Positions 18,533 through 27,380 of a DNA stretch of 64,000 nucleotides are shown here, one piece after another. The DNA is from an uncultured Thermodesulfobacteriota bacterium (GTDB lineage Bacteria > Desulfobacterota > GWC2-55-46 > JADFVP01). The DNA lies in NCBI GenBank assembly GCA_964510775.1, contig CAZEBZ010000001.1, forward strand, positions 21,608-85,607, written 5' to 3'. The stretch's first letter is position 1, and every line of letters begins with the position of its first letter. The position numbers and the translations under genes are program-made. The notes beneath the pieces are model-generated. The model had not been told where the DNA came from. It saw nothing but the letters and a program-made list of their open reading frames with translations, and made no database searches.

Positions 18533-19603
18533 TTAGATGAAGTTGACATGCCCGGGAGGGTCGAGCTGATCTCGCAGAAACCTGTTAATAGAGTCCATTC
18601 TGCAGTTTACGCGGCACCCTGAGGCGTCAAGCTCGTTATTTACAAACTCCATGGTTCTTTTGCGTTTCTCACCTCTCCAGAGCTCTTTAAAACTATGCTC
18701 TGCAAGACTGCCGAAGAGAAATCTCTCATCGCTCAGGTACGCGCTGCAGCCCCAGAGCCCTGCGCCTGAATCAATATACGCCCAGAAAGGAAGGGCTACA
18801 CACCTGCTGTAACCGCGCTCTTCTTCGGCGAGCTTTTTCATGGTATTTATCCGAAATACAGCGCTGAAGCTATCTGTGCAGAGGGCCTTTAGCTCCTCTG
18901 CAAGGTGGTAGAACTCGCTGTAGTCTACGCCCTTGTACTCTGTTGTAATGGATTTCAGGTGCTGTGAGTATGGTTTTATTACGAGGTAATCAACGCCGAT
19001 CTCACGGGCGAGCCTCGCGAGGGGCAGCACCTCGTGGACGTTATCCGGCAGGAGTATGAGCTGCATGCCTATTGCCGTAGTAAGGCCCTCGGCTTCTCGA
19101 AACTTTACTGCACGAGTGAGGTTGTCTGTAACGCGTTTGAGATCCCCCTCCTCTGTGCGGTGCATCTTTGCGTAGGTCTGCTTTGTGGCGCCGTTGATAC
19201 TAATCTTTATCCACGTAATAGAGGCCATGGCAGCCTGCATTATTTTTTCCGTAAAGAGAACTCCGTTGCTTGTTACGGCAACGTCTATGCCTGATTGAAC
19301 TGTGTGGTTGATTATCTCGGAGATGTCTTTATGTAGAAATGGCTCGCCCTCACCGGCGTACATAACGGACTTAATGCCGAGGCCGCCCATCTCTTTAAGG
19401 CGTTTTTTTAATATCTCTGTATTAAGAAAGCGGTGCTGATAACCCATGTAGTCAAGGGCGCAGTATGTGCATCTGTGGTTACATGCCCCTGAGGGGGATA
19501 TCTCCACATAAATAGGGAAAATATCCTCACCACGAAGCCACTTTGCGACCCTCTCGGGGTGGTACATGAGTTTATGGCTGTCTATTCTGAATTTGTCACT
19601 CAA
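18533..19603 (-). CDS. radical SAM enzyme with SPASM-like C-terminal domain
   Basis: 356 aa; CNHRCTYC cluster motif; C-terminal CVALPFWAYIDSGAGLWGCSAY...SFKELW...CRVNC resembling a SPASM auxiliary-cluster domain. Confidence 0.7.
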   Translation of the reverse strand: MSDKFRIDSHKLMYHPERVAKWLRGEDIFPIYVEISPSGACNHRCTYCALDYMGYQHRFLNTEILKKRLKEMGGLGIKSVMYAGEGEPFLHKDISEIINHTVQSGIDVAVTSNGVLFTEKIMQAAMASITWIKISINGATKQTYAKMHRTEEGDLKRVTDNLTRAVKFREAEGLTTAIGMQLILLPDNVHEVLPLARLAREIGVDYLVIKPYSQHLKSITTEYKGVDYSEFYHLAEELKALCTDSFSAVFRINTMKKLAEEERGYSRCVALPFWAYIDSGAGLWGCSAYLSDERFLFGSLAEHSFKELWRGEKRKRTMEFVNNELDASGCRVNCRMDSINRFLRDQLDPPGHVNFI

Positions 19604-19873
19604 GGGCTTTATAACTCCATGACGGGGCTGCGGCAGGGATTAGGGAGATTGTCGTGATTAATATGTCCTCTTGCCTTTACCTGAAAAACAGCTGATTTTA
19701 ATAATATAAAATATCATAAAAAGGCGGCTCATACAATTCAAATTTTCCTGATGATGTGATGTTCTTGTTCTTTTATAAATAGCGAATTAAAAGTATTGTC
19801 CTCCCTACTGGACTAAGGCGTGATTGCGGGATATATTATAAGTATACAAGACTTAATGAGGAGATGTGAGAAA

Positions 19874-20671
19874 ATGGGAAGGATTAAGAACCGCTTAATG
19901 GCCACTCTCATAACGAGGTTTCCGCGCCTATTCGACGTCGAGAAATACGCCGCATCTACGGCCTCTGTTAATGTGAAGGGTATCCCCTGGACGCCTTTTA
20001 CCGGCGGGCTTAAGGATGCAAAGGTAGGCCTTGTCACTACCGCCGGAGTGCATCTGCCCTCGCAAAAAGCCTTTAACATGATTGACCCTGACGGCGACGC
20101 CACATACAGGGCTCTGCCTCTTGAGACACCCCCCGAGGGTTACACGATTACTCATGACTATTATGACCACAGCGATGCCGATAAAGATATAAATGTCGTT
20201 TTTCCAATTTTCAGGCTCCTTGAACTCGTGAAAGAGGGGTTCATAGGAGGAGTCGCCGGAGTAAATTACGGTTTTATGGGGCATATCGTAGGGCCTCATG
20301 TAGATACCTTGATGAACAAGACAGCCCCGGAGGTTGCGGGCTTATTCAAAGAAGAGGGCGTAAACGCCGTACTCCTCACCCCTGGGTGAGGCATCTGCAA
20401 TCGGTCCGTTGGACTGATACAGCGTGAGATTGAGGCGCAGGGAATACCTACGGCCTCTATCTCAATACTTCGAAAGTTTACAGAAGACGTGAAGGCACCG
20501 AGGGCGATGTTTTTGAAGTGGCCCCTTGGTCACCCCCTGGGCGAGCCTTTTAAGGATGCGGAGCAGACCTTTATCGTAAAAAAAGCCCTGAGACTCCTCG
20601 AGGAGGTAAAGGAGCCGGGTACGATAATCGACCCTCCATACAGATGGAAGAGATATGATTATATGAAGTAA
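19874..20671 (+). CDS. GrdB/PrdB-family (glycine/sarcosine/betaine/D-proline reductase selenoprotein B-like) selenoprotein; in-frame TGA at 20387-20389 read as selenocysteine
   Basis: ORFs 19820..20389 and 20489..20671 are in the same frame, separated only by TGA; context LLTPG-U-GICNR resembles the GrdB UxxC motif; SECIS-like hairpin 10 nt downstream; RBS GAGGAG before ATG 19874 (upstream in-frame ATGs at 19820/19856 are possible). Confidence 0.6.
20399..20418 (+). other. bacterial SECIS-like stem-loop directing Sec insertion at UGA 20387
   Basis: AAUCGGUCC-GUU-GGACUGAU: ~8-bp stem with one G-U wobble; apical loop with G and U; starts 10 nt after UGA. Confidence 0.5.
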
Positions 20672-20743
20672 GGGGGTATCTTTTGGTCAGGTAATGTTTG
20701 AAATTTTGTCTATATTGATATATACTTAGTGAGGATACTTAAT

Positions 20744-20929
20744 ATGAATTATGAGATAAATAAGGTAGAGGTAGAGGGCGAGTTCAAGGTCTGTCCAGAG
20801 TGCGGGTACAAGGACGGCTTTCACTCTATGTTCCGTAAAGAGGGCGATCTCGTACAGTGGCTCTTTATATGCCCATCCTGTCACGAGGTCTTTGATATAG
20901 GTTACAAAGCCCCCTCCTTCTCTTGCTGA
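20744..20929 (+). CDS. small zinc-ribbon protein (CPECG...CPSCH)
   Basis: 61 aa from ATG 20744 with RBS GAGGA 8 nt upstream; two CxxC pairs. Confidence 0.45.
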   Translation: MNYEINKVEVEGEFKVCPECGYKDGFHSMFRKEGDLVQWLFICPSCHEVFDIGYKAPSFSC

Positions 20930-21019
20930 GTCGCTTTGCCGGGAGGCGGTGAGCGTAGAACGCCACCGCAAAAACTTCTCTTTTATAAAGAAGTCTCTGT
21001 AAAGCTATGTGATTTTCTC

Positions 21020-21050
21020 AAAACCGCTTCGCGCCTTGCGAAGCGGTTTT
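21020..21050. terminator. bidirectional rho-independent terminator between convergent genes
   Basis: perfect 13-bp inverted repeat AAAACCGCTTCGC-gcctt-GCGAAGCGGTTTT, A/T runs on both sides. Confidence 0.75.
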
Positions 21051-21063
21051 GAGTATGCCTGCC

Positions 21064-21453
21064 TTATTTTACGTGGACATTAACAGAAGCCTTTGTCTCA
21101 AGTACCTCATGCCTCTTTGTGGCGATCCTTACCGTGATGGTATGAGTGCCGCCCCTTAGACCGTTAATGGTATGAGAGACCTTCTTCCCATGGAGGGGTT
21201 TTACGAGTTTGCCGTCAAGATAGAGGTGTACATGATCGCCTCTGCTGCCCTTATCGCGCAGCTCGAAGACTACGTCAACGCTGCTCCCTGATATTGTAGC
21301 GCCGTCAGCGGGGCTCATGATAACTACTTCTCCATCTGAGCCTCCCTCTGCCAATACCGTAGCAGCTGCTGTGAGCATTATAGCCGAAAGAAGAACAGCA
21401 ATGGCAGCGTAGGTAGTAAGAAAGTTTTTTCCTCTTATTGACCGCTTCATCAT
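21064..21453 (-). CDS. secreted small beta-sandwich (Ig/CopC-like) protein of unknown function
   Basis: 129 aa; N-terminal signal peptide MMKRSIRGKNFLTTYAAIAVLLSAIMLTAAATVLA; no recognisable catalytic motif. Confidence 0.5.
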   Translation of the reverse strand: MMKRSIRGKNFLTTYAAIAVLLSAIMLTAAATVLAEGGSDGEVVIMSPADGATISGSSVDVVFELRDKGSRGDHVHLYLDGKLVKPLHGKKVSHTINGLRGGTHTITVRIATKRHEVLETKASVNVHVK

Positions 21454-21604
21454 GAACCTCCTTTTTAAGTGTTTATTATGAATGAAGTATAGCAGAGTTT
21501 TACGCCGTAAAAGGCGCTTATGAGGTTTTTTTTCCTATTATGAGAGTGCGCTTGAAAAACATAAGGATTGAAACTCCTTGACAAGTAAAAGTAATGAAAT
21601 TAAG

Positions 21605-22957
21605 ATGACTCAAACTAATATGCAGCTAAAAACCATGAATCTAAAGACCTTTGATAAAGGGGTACACCCCAGCGACAATAAGGAACTCACTGCCAATAAG
21701 GCCGTGAAGACCGCGGCCCTTCCCGGAACCGTTATAATCCCTCTGCAGCAGCACATCGGCCCGCCTTGCCAGTGCCTTGTTAAAAAAGGCGATATTGTCA
21801 GTGAAGGCCAGCCAATAGGCGAGGGGACTTCATTTATCTCCGCACCCGTTCATGCCTCTATAAGCGGTAAGGTAAAGGACATAGACAACTACCCCCATCC
21901 ATCGGGGCGTAAGGTTCTCTCTGTTGTTATTGAGGGCGACGGCGAGATAAAGCAGTGGAAGGCCCTCAAGAACGTAAAGATAGATGATATAGACCCCGAG
22001 GTAATAAGAGATAAGGTGCGCGGCGCAGGCATAGTAGGCATGGGCGGAGCGGCCTTTCCAACATCAGTAAAGCTAACCCTTCCAAAGGGAAAGAAGATAG
22101 ATACCGTTATACTTAACGGCTGTGAGTGCGAGCCTTATCTTACATCAGATTATCGCGTTATGCTCGAGAGCCCGCAGAAGGTCGTCTGGGGTCTAAGGGC
22201 CCTTATGCGTGCATCAGGCGCCTCGCGGGGCATAATCGGCATTGAGGAGAATAAGCTCGAGGCAGTGCATGCCATAAGGGACGCCATCTCAGGAGCGCTG
22301 GATCTTGAGGTAATGGTTCTTGAGACAAAATACCCACAGGGCGCCGAGAAGATGCTTATTCAGGCCGCTATTCGTAGAAAGGTACCAACAGGGGCGCTGC
22401 CCCTCGAGGTGGGCGTGCTTGTAAATAACGTAGGCACCGCGGCTGCCATATATGACGTCTTTCACTATGATAAACCCCTTATTGAGCGCATAGTTACCCT
22501 TAGCGGAGACGCCCTTAACTCACCGTGCAACCTCCTTGTACGCGTCGGCACTTCTTTTGAGGATGTGATAAAAGAGTGCGGCGGTATAAAAGATTCCTTC
22601 GCCGAGGTGGAAGTCCTTAACGGCGGCCCCATGATGGGCATTACGCAGAGCACCCTTGCTGTTCCTGTTATAAAGGGAACCTCAGGCATTACCGTGCTTG
22701 GCGCCGCGGACATTAAGAAAAAACCCATAGAGCCTTGCATACGCTGCGCGAGCTGTGTAGAGGCCTGCCCAATGGGGCTTATGCCCTACAGGCTCGGTGA
22801 TCTTGGAATTATGGCCCGTGCCGAAGAGTTCTCTGCGTGGTCGGGTATGGATTGCATTGAGTGTGGGTGCTGCTCTTATGTATGCCCTTCGAGGCGGCCT
22901 CTGCTTCAGTGGATAAGGGTAGGTAAACTACGGGTTCGTCAGATGCCCAAGCAGTAA
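21605..22957 (+). CDS. rnfC: Rnf electron transport complex subunit C
   Basis: GGVHP-like N-terminus (FDKGVHP); two 4Fe-4S ferredoxin motifs CIRCASCVEACP and CIECGCCSYVCP; start uncertain (TTG 21578, ATG 21605/21620/21635). Confidence 0.85.
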   Translation: MTQTNMQLKTMNLKTFDKGVHPSDNKELTANKAVKTAALPGTVIIPLQQHIGPPCQCLVKKGDIVSEGQPIGEGTSFISAPVHASISGKVKDIDNYPHPSGRKVLSVVIEGDGEIKQWKALKNVKIDDIDPEVIRDKVRGAGIVGMGGAAFPTSVKLTLPKGKKIDTVILNGCECEPYLTSDYRVMLESPQKVVWGLRALMRASGASRGIIGIEENKLEAVHAIRDAISGALDLEVMVLETKYPQGAEKMLIQAAIRRKVPTGALPLEVGVLVNNVGTAAAIYDVFHYDKPLIERIVTLSGDALNSPCNLLVRVGTSFEDVIKECGGIKDSFAEVEVLNGGPMMGITQSTLAVPVIKGTSGITVLGAADIKKKPIEPCIRCASCVEACPMGLMPYRLGDLGIMARAEEFSAWSGMDCIECGCCSYVCPSRRPLLQWIRVGKLRVRQMPKQ

Positions 22958-23061
22958 GGGGCTGGTGTAAGAGGGGTTTTTATTACGGTAAGTTGTTTTA
23001 TTTATCATAAGTTAAGCGAGTGATTTAATTGTAGCGGTAAGGCATACCCCGCGAATTAATT

Positions 23062-24219
23062 ATGGATAAGAAGAAGACAGAAAATACGGATGTGGAGAAG
23101 GCCGAGGTGAAGACACCTGCGCCTGAAAAAGCTGAGGCCAAGGCGCCTGAGACTGAAAAAACGGCTAAGACGCCTCCCCCTAAAAGCGCTGCGGCAAAAA
23201 AGCCTGTAGCAAAAAAGCCTGCGGCTAAAAAGCCCGCAACACCTGCCGAGGACGCTGCGAATAAACTCGTTGTCTCCTCATCGCCTCACTTTCACTCCAC
23301 TGAGAATATTCCGAGGATAATGCACACCGTTATCATGGCTCTATTCCCCGCCATGGCCGTGAGCATTTATCTCTTTGGTCTTCGCGCTCTGCTCCTTATG
23401 GTTGTCTGCCTCGTGGTCTGCCTTGGCTCTGAGTACGTCGTTGCGAAGATAAGAAAGAAACCCATTCGCGTATACGACGGCAGCGCCGCCATAACAGGCA
23501 TACTCCTCGCCCTTATGCTGCCCCCGGGTTTTCCCATATACGGCGCCGTGCTTGGCTCCTTATTCTCCATAGTAGTTGGAAAGATGCTCTTCGGAGGTCT
23601 TGGTTATAATATCTTCAACCCCGCTCTTATCGGCAGGGCCTTTTTGCAGGCAACTTATCCTGTCTTAATTACCACCTGGGTAGACCCCGGGGCCGTAATC
23701 AATGCCGTTGACGCCATAAGCGCCGCGACGCCCCTTGCGTTGATGAAGTTTGGAGGTCATCATACGGGCCTTGGCGCGCTCTTTTTTGGTAACGTCGCAG
23801 GCTCACTTGGCGAGACCTCTGCCATAGCCATACTTATCGGCGGCTTATATTTACGGTACAAGGGTTATATTAACTGGAAACTTCCACTGGGTTATCTTGG
23901 CTCTATAGCCTTCTTCGCTACTATCTTCTGGATATACGATCCCTCAACATACGCCTCGCCATTTTTTCATGTAATGGCCGGAGGCGCAATGCTTGGGGCG
24001 TGGTTTATGGTTACGGATATGGTGACAACGCCTGTAACCCCCTGCGGGCAGTGGATTTTCGCTATATCCGCAGGTTTTCTTACGATTATAATACGCCTCT
24101 TTGGAGGTCTTCCTGAGGGTGTCATGTACTCAATTCTCTTTATGAACGCCTTTGTGCCCCTTATAAACAGGCATACAAAGCCAAAGGTATTTGGAAAACT
24201 AAAGGCAAAAAAGGCTTAA
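23062..24219 (+). CDS. rnfD: Rnf complex subunit D with ~65 aa Lys/Ala/Pro-rich N-terminal extension
   Basis: 385 aa; conserved RnfD/NqrB core begins near SSPH motif; FMN-attachment-like region; preceded by KTPAPEKAEAKAPETEKTAKTPPPKSAAAKKPVAKKPAAKKP low-complexity segment with no alternative in-frame start before the SSPH motif. Confidence 0.8.
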   Translation: MDKKKTENTDVEKAEVKTPAPEKAEAKAPETEKTAKTPPPKSAAAKKPVAKKPAAKKPATPAEDAANKLVVSSSPHFHSTENIPRIMHTVIMALFPAMAVSIYLFGLRALLLMVVCLVVCLGSEYVVAKIRKKPIRVYDGSAAITGILLALMLPPGFPIYGAVLGSLFSIVVGKMLFGGLGYNIFNPALIGRAFLQATYPVLITTWVDPGAVINAVDAISAATPLALMKFGGHHTGLGALFFGNVAGSLGETSAIAILIGGLYLRYKGYINWKLPLGYLGSIAFFATIFWIYDPSTYASPFFHVMAGGAMLGAWFMVTDMVTTPVTPCGQWIFAISAGFLTIIIRLFGGLPEGVMYSILFMNAFVPLINRHTKPKVFGKLKAKKA

Positions 24220-24284
24220 CCCGTTAATTTGTATCTCGGCACGGGCCTATAAGCGGTTAATTATTAATTAGGAATAATCAGGTC

Positions 24285-24890
24285 TTGAATAAATCAGTAA
24301 AAATGATAGTTACACTTACCGTACTTGGGGCGCTCGCGGGAATTATTCTCGCCGTTGTCTTTAAGATGGCCGACCCTCTTATCCAGATAAATAAGGAAAA
24401 GGAGCTAAAGGCCGCTATCTTTACTGTTCTGCCTGCGGCTAAGGACTACAGGACTCTTCAAAAAGAACTAAAAGACGAGGTTGTGACACTCTATGTAGGC
24501 CTTGATGAGAGCGGAGCGCCTATTGGTGTGGCTTTTAAGGCCGATGGTAATGGTTTTCAGGGGAATGTGGGCATTATGGTGGGCCTTGGCCTTGAGTACA
24601 AGAAGATAAAGGGCATAGAGGTTCTTGATCAGGTTGAGACCCCGGGACTTGGCGACAGAATCCGTGAGGACTGGTTTAAGGAGCAGTTCAAGGGGGTTGA
24701 GGTTCACCCGAAAATAGAATATATTAAGTATAGAAAGCCTGAAAAACCAAATCAGATTCAGGCCATAACAGGCGCCACTATCTCAAGTAACGCAGTTGTT
24801 ACAAATATCAACAAAGCAGTTAAGAAGGTTACGGAACTATTTAGCGCCTCTGATGTAATGGACGCGGCAGAGGCGGGCGGCGGAGAGTAA
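24285..24890 (+). CDS. rnfG: Rnf complex subunit G (FMN-binding)
   Basis: 201 aa; N-terminal TM; FMN_bind motif region AITGATISS. Confidence 0.8.
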   Translation: MNKSVKMIVTLTVLGALAGIILAVVFKMADPLIQINKEKELKAAIFTVLPAAKDYRTLQKELKDEVVTLYVGLDESGAPIGVAFKADGNGFQGNVGIMVGLGLEYKKIKGIEVLDQVETPGLGDRIREDWFKEQFKGVEVHPKIEYIKYRKPEKPNQIQAITGATISSNAVVTNINKAVKKVTELFSASDVMDAAEAGGGE

Positions 24891-24891
24891 T

Positions 24892-25542
24892 ATGAGCGAG
24901 ACGGCTGAGACAGCTATTGTAGAAGAAAAAACAAGCCTCTTTTATGAGCTTAAGAAGGGTCTCTGGCAGGATATCGCCCCCTTCAGGCTTGTGCTTGGCT
25001 TATGCCCGGCGCTGGCCGTAACCAACTCCCTGCGAAACGGTCTCTCAATGGGCCTTGCCACCTTATTTGTCCTCGTGGCCTCTTGTTTTGCCGTCTCACT
25101 TGTAAGAAAATTTATCTCTCCGCAGGTGCGAATAGCCGCCTATGTCGTCATTATAGCCACTATCGTTACCGTAACAGACCTCTTTTTACAGGCCGTTACG
25201 CCTGGCATCTCAAAGGCCCTTGGCCCCTATGTGCCTCTTATTATTACTAACTGTATAATCTTTGGCAGGGTAGAGGCCTTCGCGCAGAAGAACCCCGTGC
25301 TTCCAACTATAATGGACGCCCTTGGAACAGGTATTGGCTTTACCTTCGCCCTTGTTGTAATGGGGCTTATACGAGAGATACTGGGCTTTGGCTCTATCTT
25401 CGGCTTTCACATCATGGGCGCCTGGTTTACGCCGTGGATAGTCATGATACTGCCGCCGGGGGCCTTTCTTGTAATGGGCACCCTTATAGCCATTGTTAAC
25501 TATATTTCTCACAAACAGTCCTCGCAAGAGGAAGAGGCTTAG
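24892..25542 (+). CDS. rnfE: Rnf complex subunit E
   Basis: 216 aa polytopic membrane protein, RnfA/RnfE/NqrD/E family; operon position. Confidence 0.8.
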   Translation: MSETAETAIVEEKTSLFYELKKGLWQDIAPFRLVLGLCPALAVTNSLRNGLSMGLATLFVLVASCFAVSLVRKFISPQVRIAAYVVIIATIVTVTDLFLQAVTPGISKALGPYVPLIITNCIIFGRVEAFAQKNPVLPTIMDALGTGIGFTFALVVMGLIREILGFGSIFGFHIMGAWFTPWIVMILPPGAFLVMGTLIAIVNYISHKQSSQEEEA

Positions 25543-25551
25543 GAGAGAGAC

Positions 25552-26127
25552 GTGGAGCTCATAGTAGTCTTTATCTCGGCTTCCATAATTCATAACTTCG
25601 TCCTTACTTATTTTCTTGGGCTCTGCCCCTTTGTGGGAGTCTCCAATAAGACGGAGAACGCCCTGAATATGGGCATGGCAACTACCTTTGTCATGACCCT
25701 TACGGCGGCGGCGACGTGGCCCGTGTATCACTACATACTGCTTCGCTACAATATTCCTTTTCTTGAGTACGTCTCTTTTATCATCATCATCGCCGCCCTT
25801 GTTCAGCTTGTTGAGATGTATGTGAGAAAATCAAGCCCCTCGCTTTACAGGGCCCTTGGAATATATCTGCCCCTTATTACAACTAACTGCGCCGTGCTTG
25901 GCCTCGCCCTCTTTATGGTGCTTCGTGATTACACCTATATAAAGAGCATAGTATTTGGCTTTGGCACTGGTGTTGGTTTCACCATAGCTCTCCTTATGAT
26001 GAGCGGTATAAGGGAAGAGCTTGAGTTCGCCGATATTCCAAAGCACTTCCAGGGCATAGCCGTTACCATGATAGTCGCCGGCATGATGGCACTTGCCTTT
26101 ATGGGCTTTGCCGGGCTGCTGCATTAG
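25552..26127 (+). CDS. rnfA: Rnf complex subunit A
   Basis: 191 aa polytopic membrane protein RnfA/NqrE family; operon position. Confidence 0.8.
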   Translation: MELIVVFISASIIHNFVLTYFLGLCPFVGVSNKTENALNMGMATTFVMTLTAAATWPVYHYILLRYNIPFLEYVSFIIIIAALVQLVEMYVRKSSPSLYRALGIYLPLITTNCAVLGLALFMVLRDYTYIKSIVFGFGTGVGFTIALLMMSGIREELEFADIPKHFQGIAVTMIVAGMMALAFMGFAGLLH

Positions 26128-26188
26128 TTTAGCGGGGAAAAAAAGGGGCGGAGGGGTAAGGCCTTTAACCCATTTGAGACCGTTATTT

Positions 26189-26217
26189 TTGCCAATCTCT
26201 GCCCTGTAGTGTATAAT
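26189..26217 (+). promoter_or_regulatory. candidate sigma70 promoter internal to rnf operon, upstream of rnfB
   Basis: TTGCCA - 17 nt - TATAAT, ~35 nt upstream of rnfB ATG. Confidence 0.4.
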
Positions 26218-26250
26218 TATATTAAAAGTTTGAGGAGTGGTACTTAAATT

Positions 26251-27105
26251 ATGGCCGCGGGAACACTTATATCTTCAGTATTGAGCATGGGCGGCATCGG
26301 CGCCGTGCTAGCCGCCTTTATCGCCATAGCTGACAAGAAGCTAAGCGTTAAGGAAGACCCTCGTATAGAGTCGCTACTTGATATTCTGCCCGGTACCAAC
26401 TGCGGCGGCTGCGGTTTTGCAGGCTGCAGATCCCTTGCCGAGGCCCTTCTTGGCGGCAAGGCCCCGCCAACTTCCTGCGTTGCCGCAGGAGACGCAACCT
26501 CTAAAAAACTCGCCGGAGTTCTCGGCGTAGAGGTAGGCGCAAAAAAGAGAAACATAGCAGTTGTTCTCTGTCACGGCGGAACTGCCGAGGCAAAGAGGAC
26601 GGCTGAGTACAGAGGGGCCGTTGACTGCACGGCCGCTGACCTTACGGGCGGCGGCAAGGCCTGCTCTTTTGGCTGTCTTGGTTACGGTGAGTGCGTGGCT
26701 TCCTGCGAGTTCGGCGCTATGGCCATGAGTGAAGATAATCTGCCCCTTGTATTTCATGATAAGTGCGTGGGCTGCGGCGCCTGTGTACGGGCCTGTCCAC
26801 GTAATATCATCGAGCTTCACAGTGAGGACCACAAGCTCTTTGTATACTGCCGTAATAAAGAAAAGGGCGCAAAGGCGAGAAAGGTCTGCACAGTAGCCTG
26901 TATCGGCTGCGGTCTATGCGTAAAAGACTGCTCCGAGAAGGGCGCTATAGCCCTTAAAGACAATCTCGCTATTGTTGATAATGACCTTGCCCCGCAAAAT
27001 GACGAGGCCACGAAGAGATGCCCTACAAAGTGCATCCATTATGGACTTGAGGAGGATGTTACAAGGGGTAGGTACCTTGCCACTCAACTTAAGAAGACCT
27101 CCTGA
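26251..27105 (+). CDS. rnfB: Rnf complex subunit B (Fe-S)
   Basis: 284 aa; N-terminal TM; CGGCGFAGC cluster motif; two additional ferredoxin-type CxxCxxCxxxCP motifs. Confidence 0.85.
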   Translation: MAAGTLISSVLSMGGIGAVLAAFIAIADKKLSVKEDPRIESLLDILPGTNCGGCGFAGCRSLAEALLGGKAPPTSCVAAGDATSKKLAGVLGVEVGAKKRNIAVVLCHGGTAEAKRTAEYRGAVDCTAADLTGGGKACSFGCLGYGECVASCEFGAMAMSEDNLPLVFHDKCVGCGACVRACPRNIIELHSEDHKLFVYCRNKEKGAKARKVCTVACIGCGLCVKDCSEKGAIALKDNLAIVDNDLAPQNDEATKRCPTKCIHYGLEEDVTRGRYLATQLKKTS

Positions 27106-27380
27106 CAGCTCTGTTCTTTTCTCCCGATAAAAGAAAATTCCTCTTGAAAGCGTCTTTCTTTACCTATTTATTCCTCTTCTAAGAAACTGCGGAGGGGGTC
27201 AGTTAATCTACAATAATTTTCCGTTAATAATACTTTAATCTCCTTTTGTTATCCTAATTTAGGGAGATATCGTCTTGCAATTATAGTCTTTGTAATGGCA
27301 GGTAAAGAATTAATTATATACTGATATGATTCTATGTATAGTCATGTTGCAAACATTTAAAAATATTCAAGGGGTATAGT

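Noticed and set aside
20387-20488. Interpreting 19820..20389 and 20489..20671 as two separate genes or a pseudogene
   Set aside because: They are in the same frame, separated by a single TGA with a downstream SECIS-like hairpin, and the family is a known selenoprotein family. Selenocysteine read-through is more parsimonious.
21578-21604. TTG start for rnfC at 21578
   Set aside because: The TTG lies inside a TTGACA-17-TAAGAT promoter-like element. Homologous RnfC N-termini begin close to the GGVHP motif, so a downstream ATG (21605-21635) is more plausible. The exact start remains uncertain.
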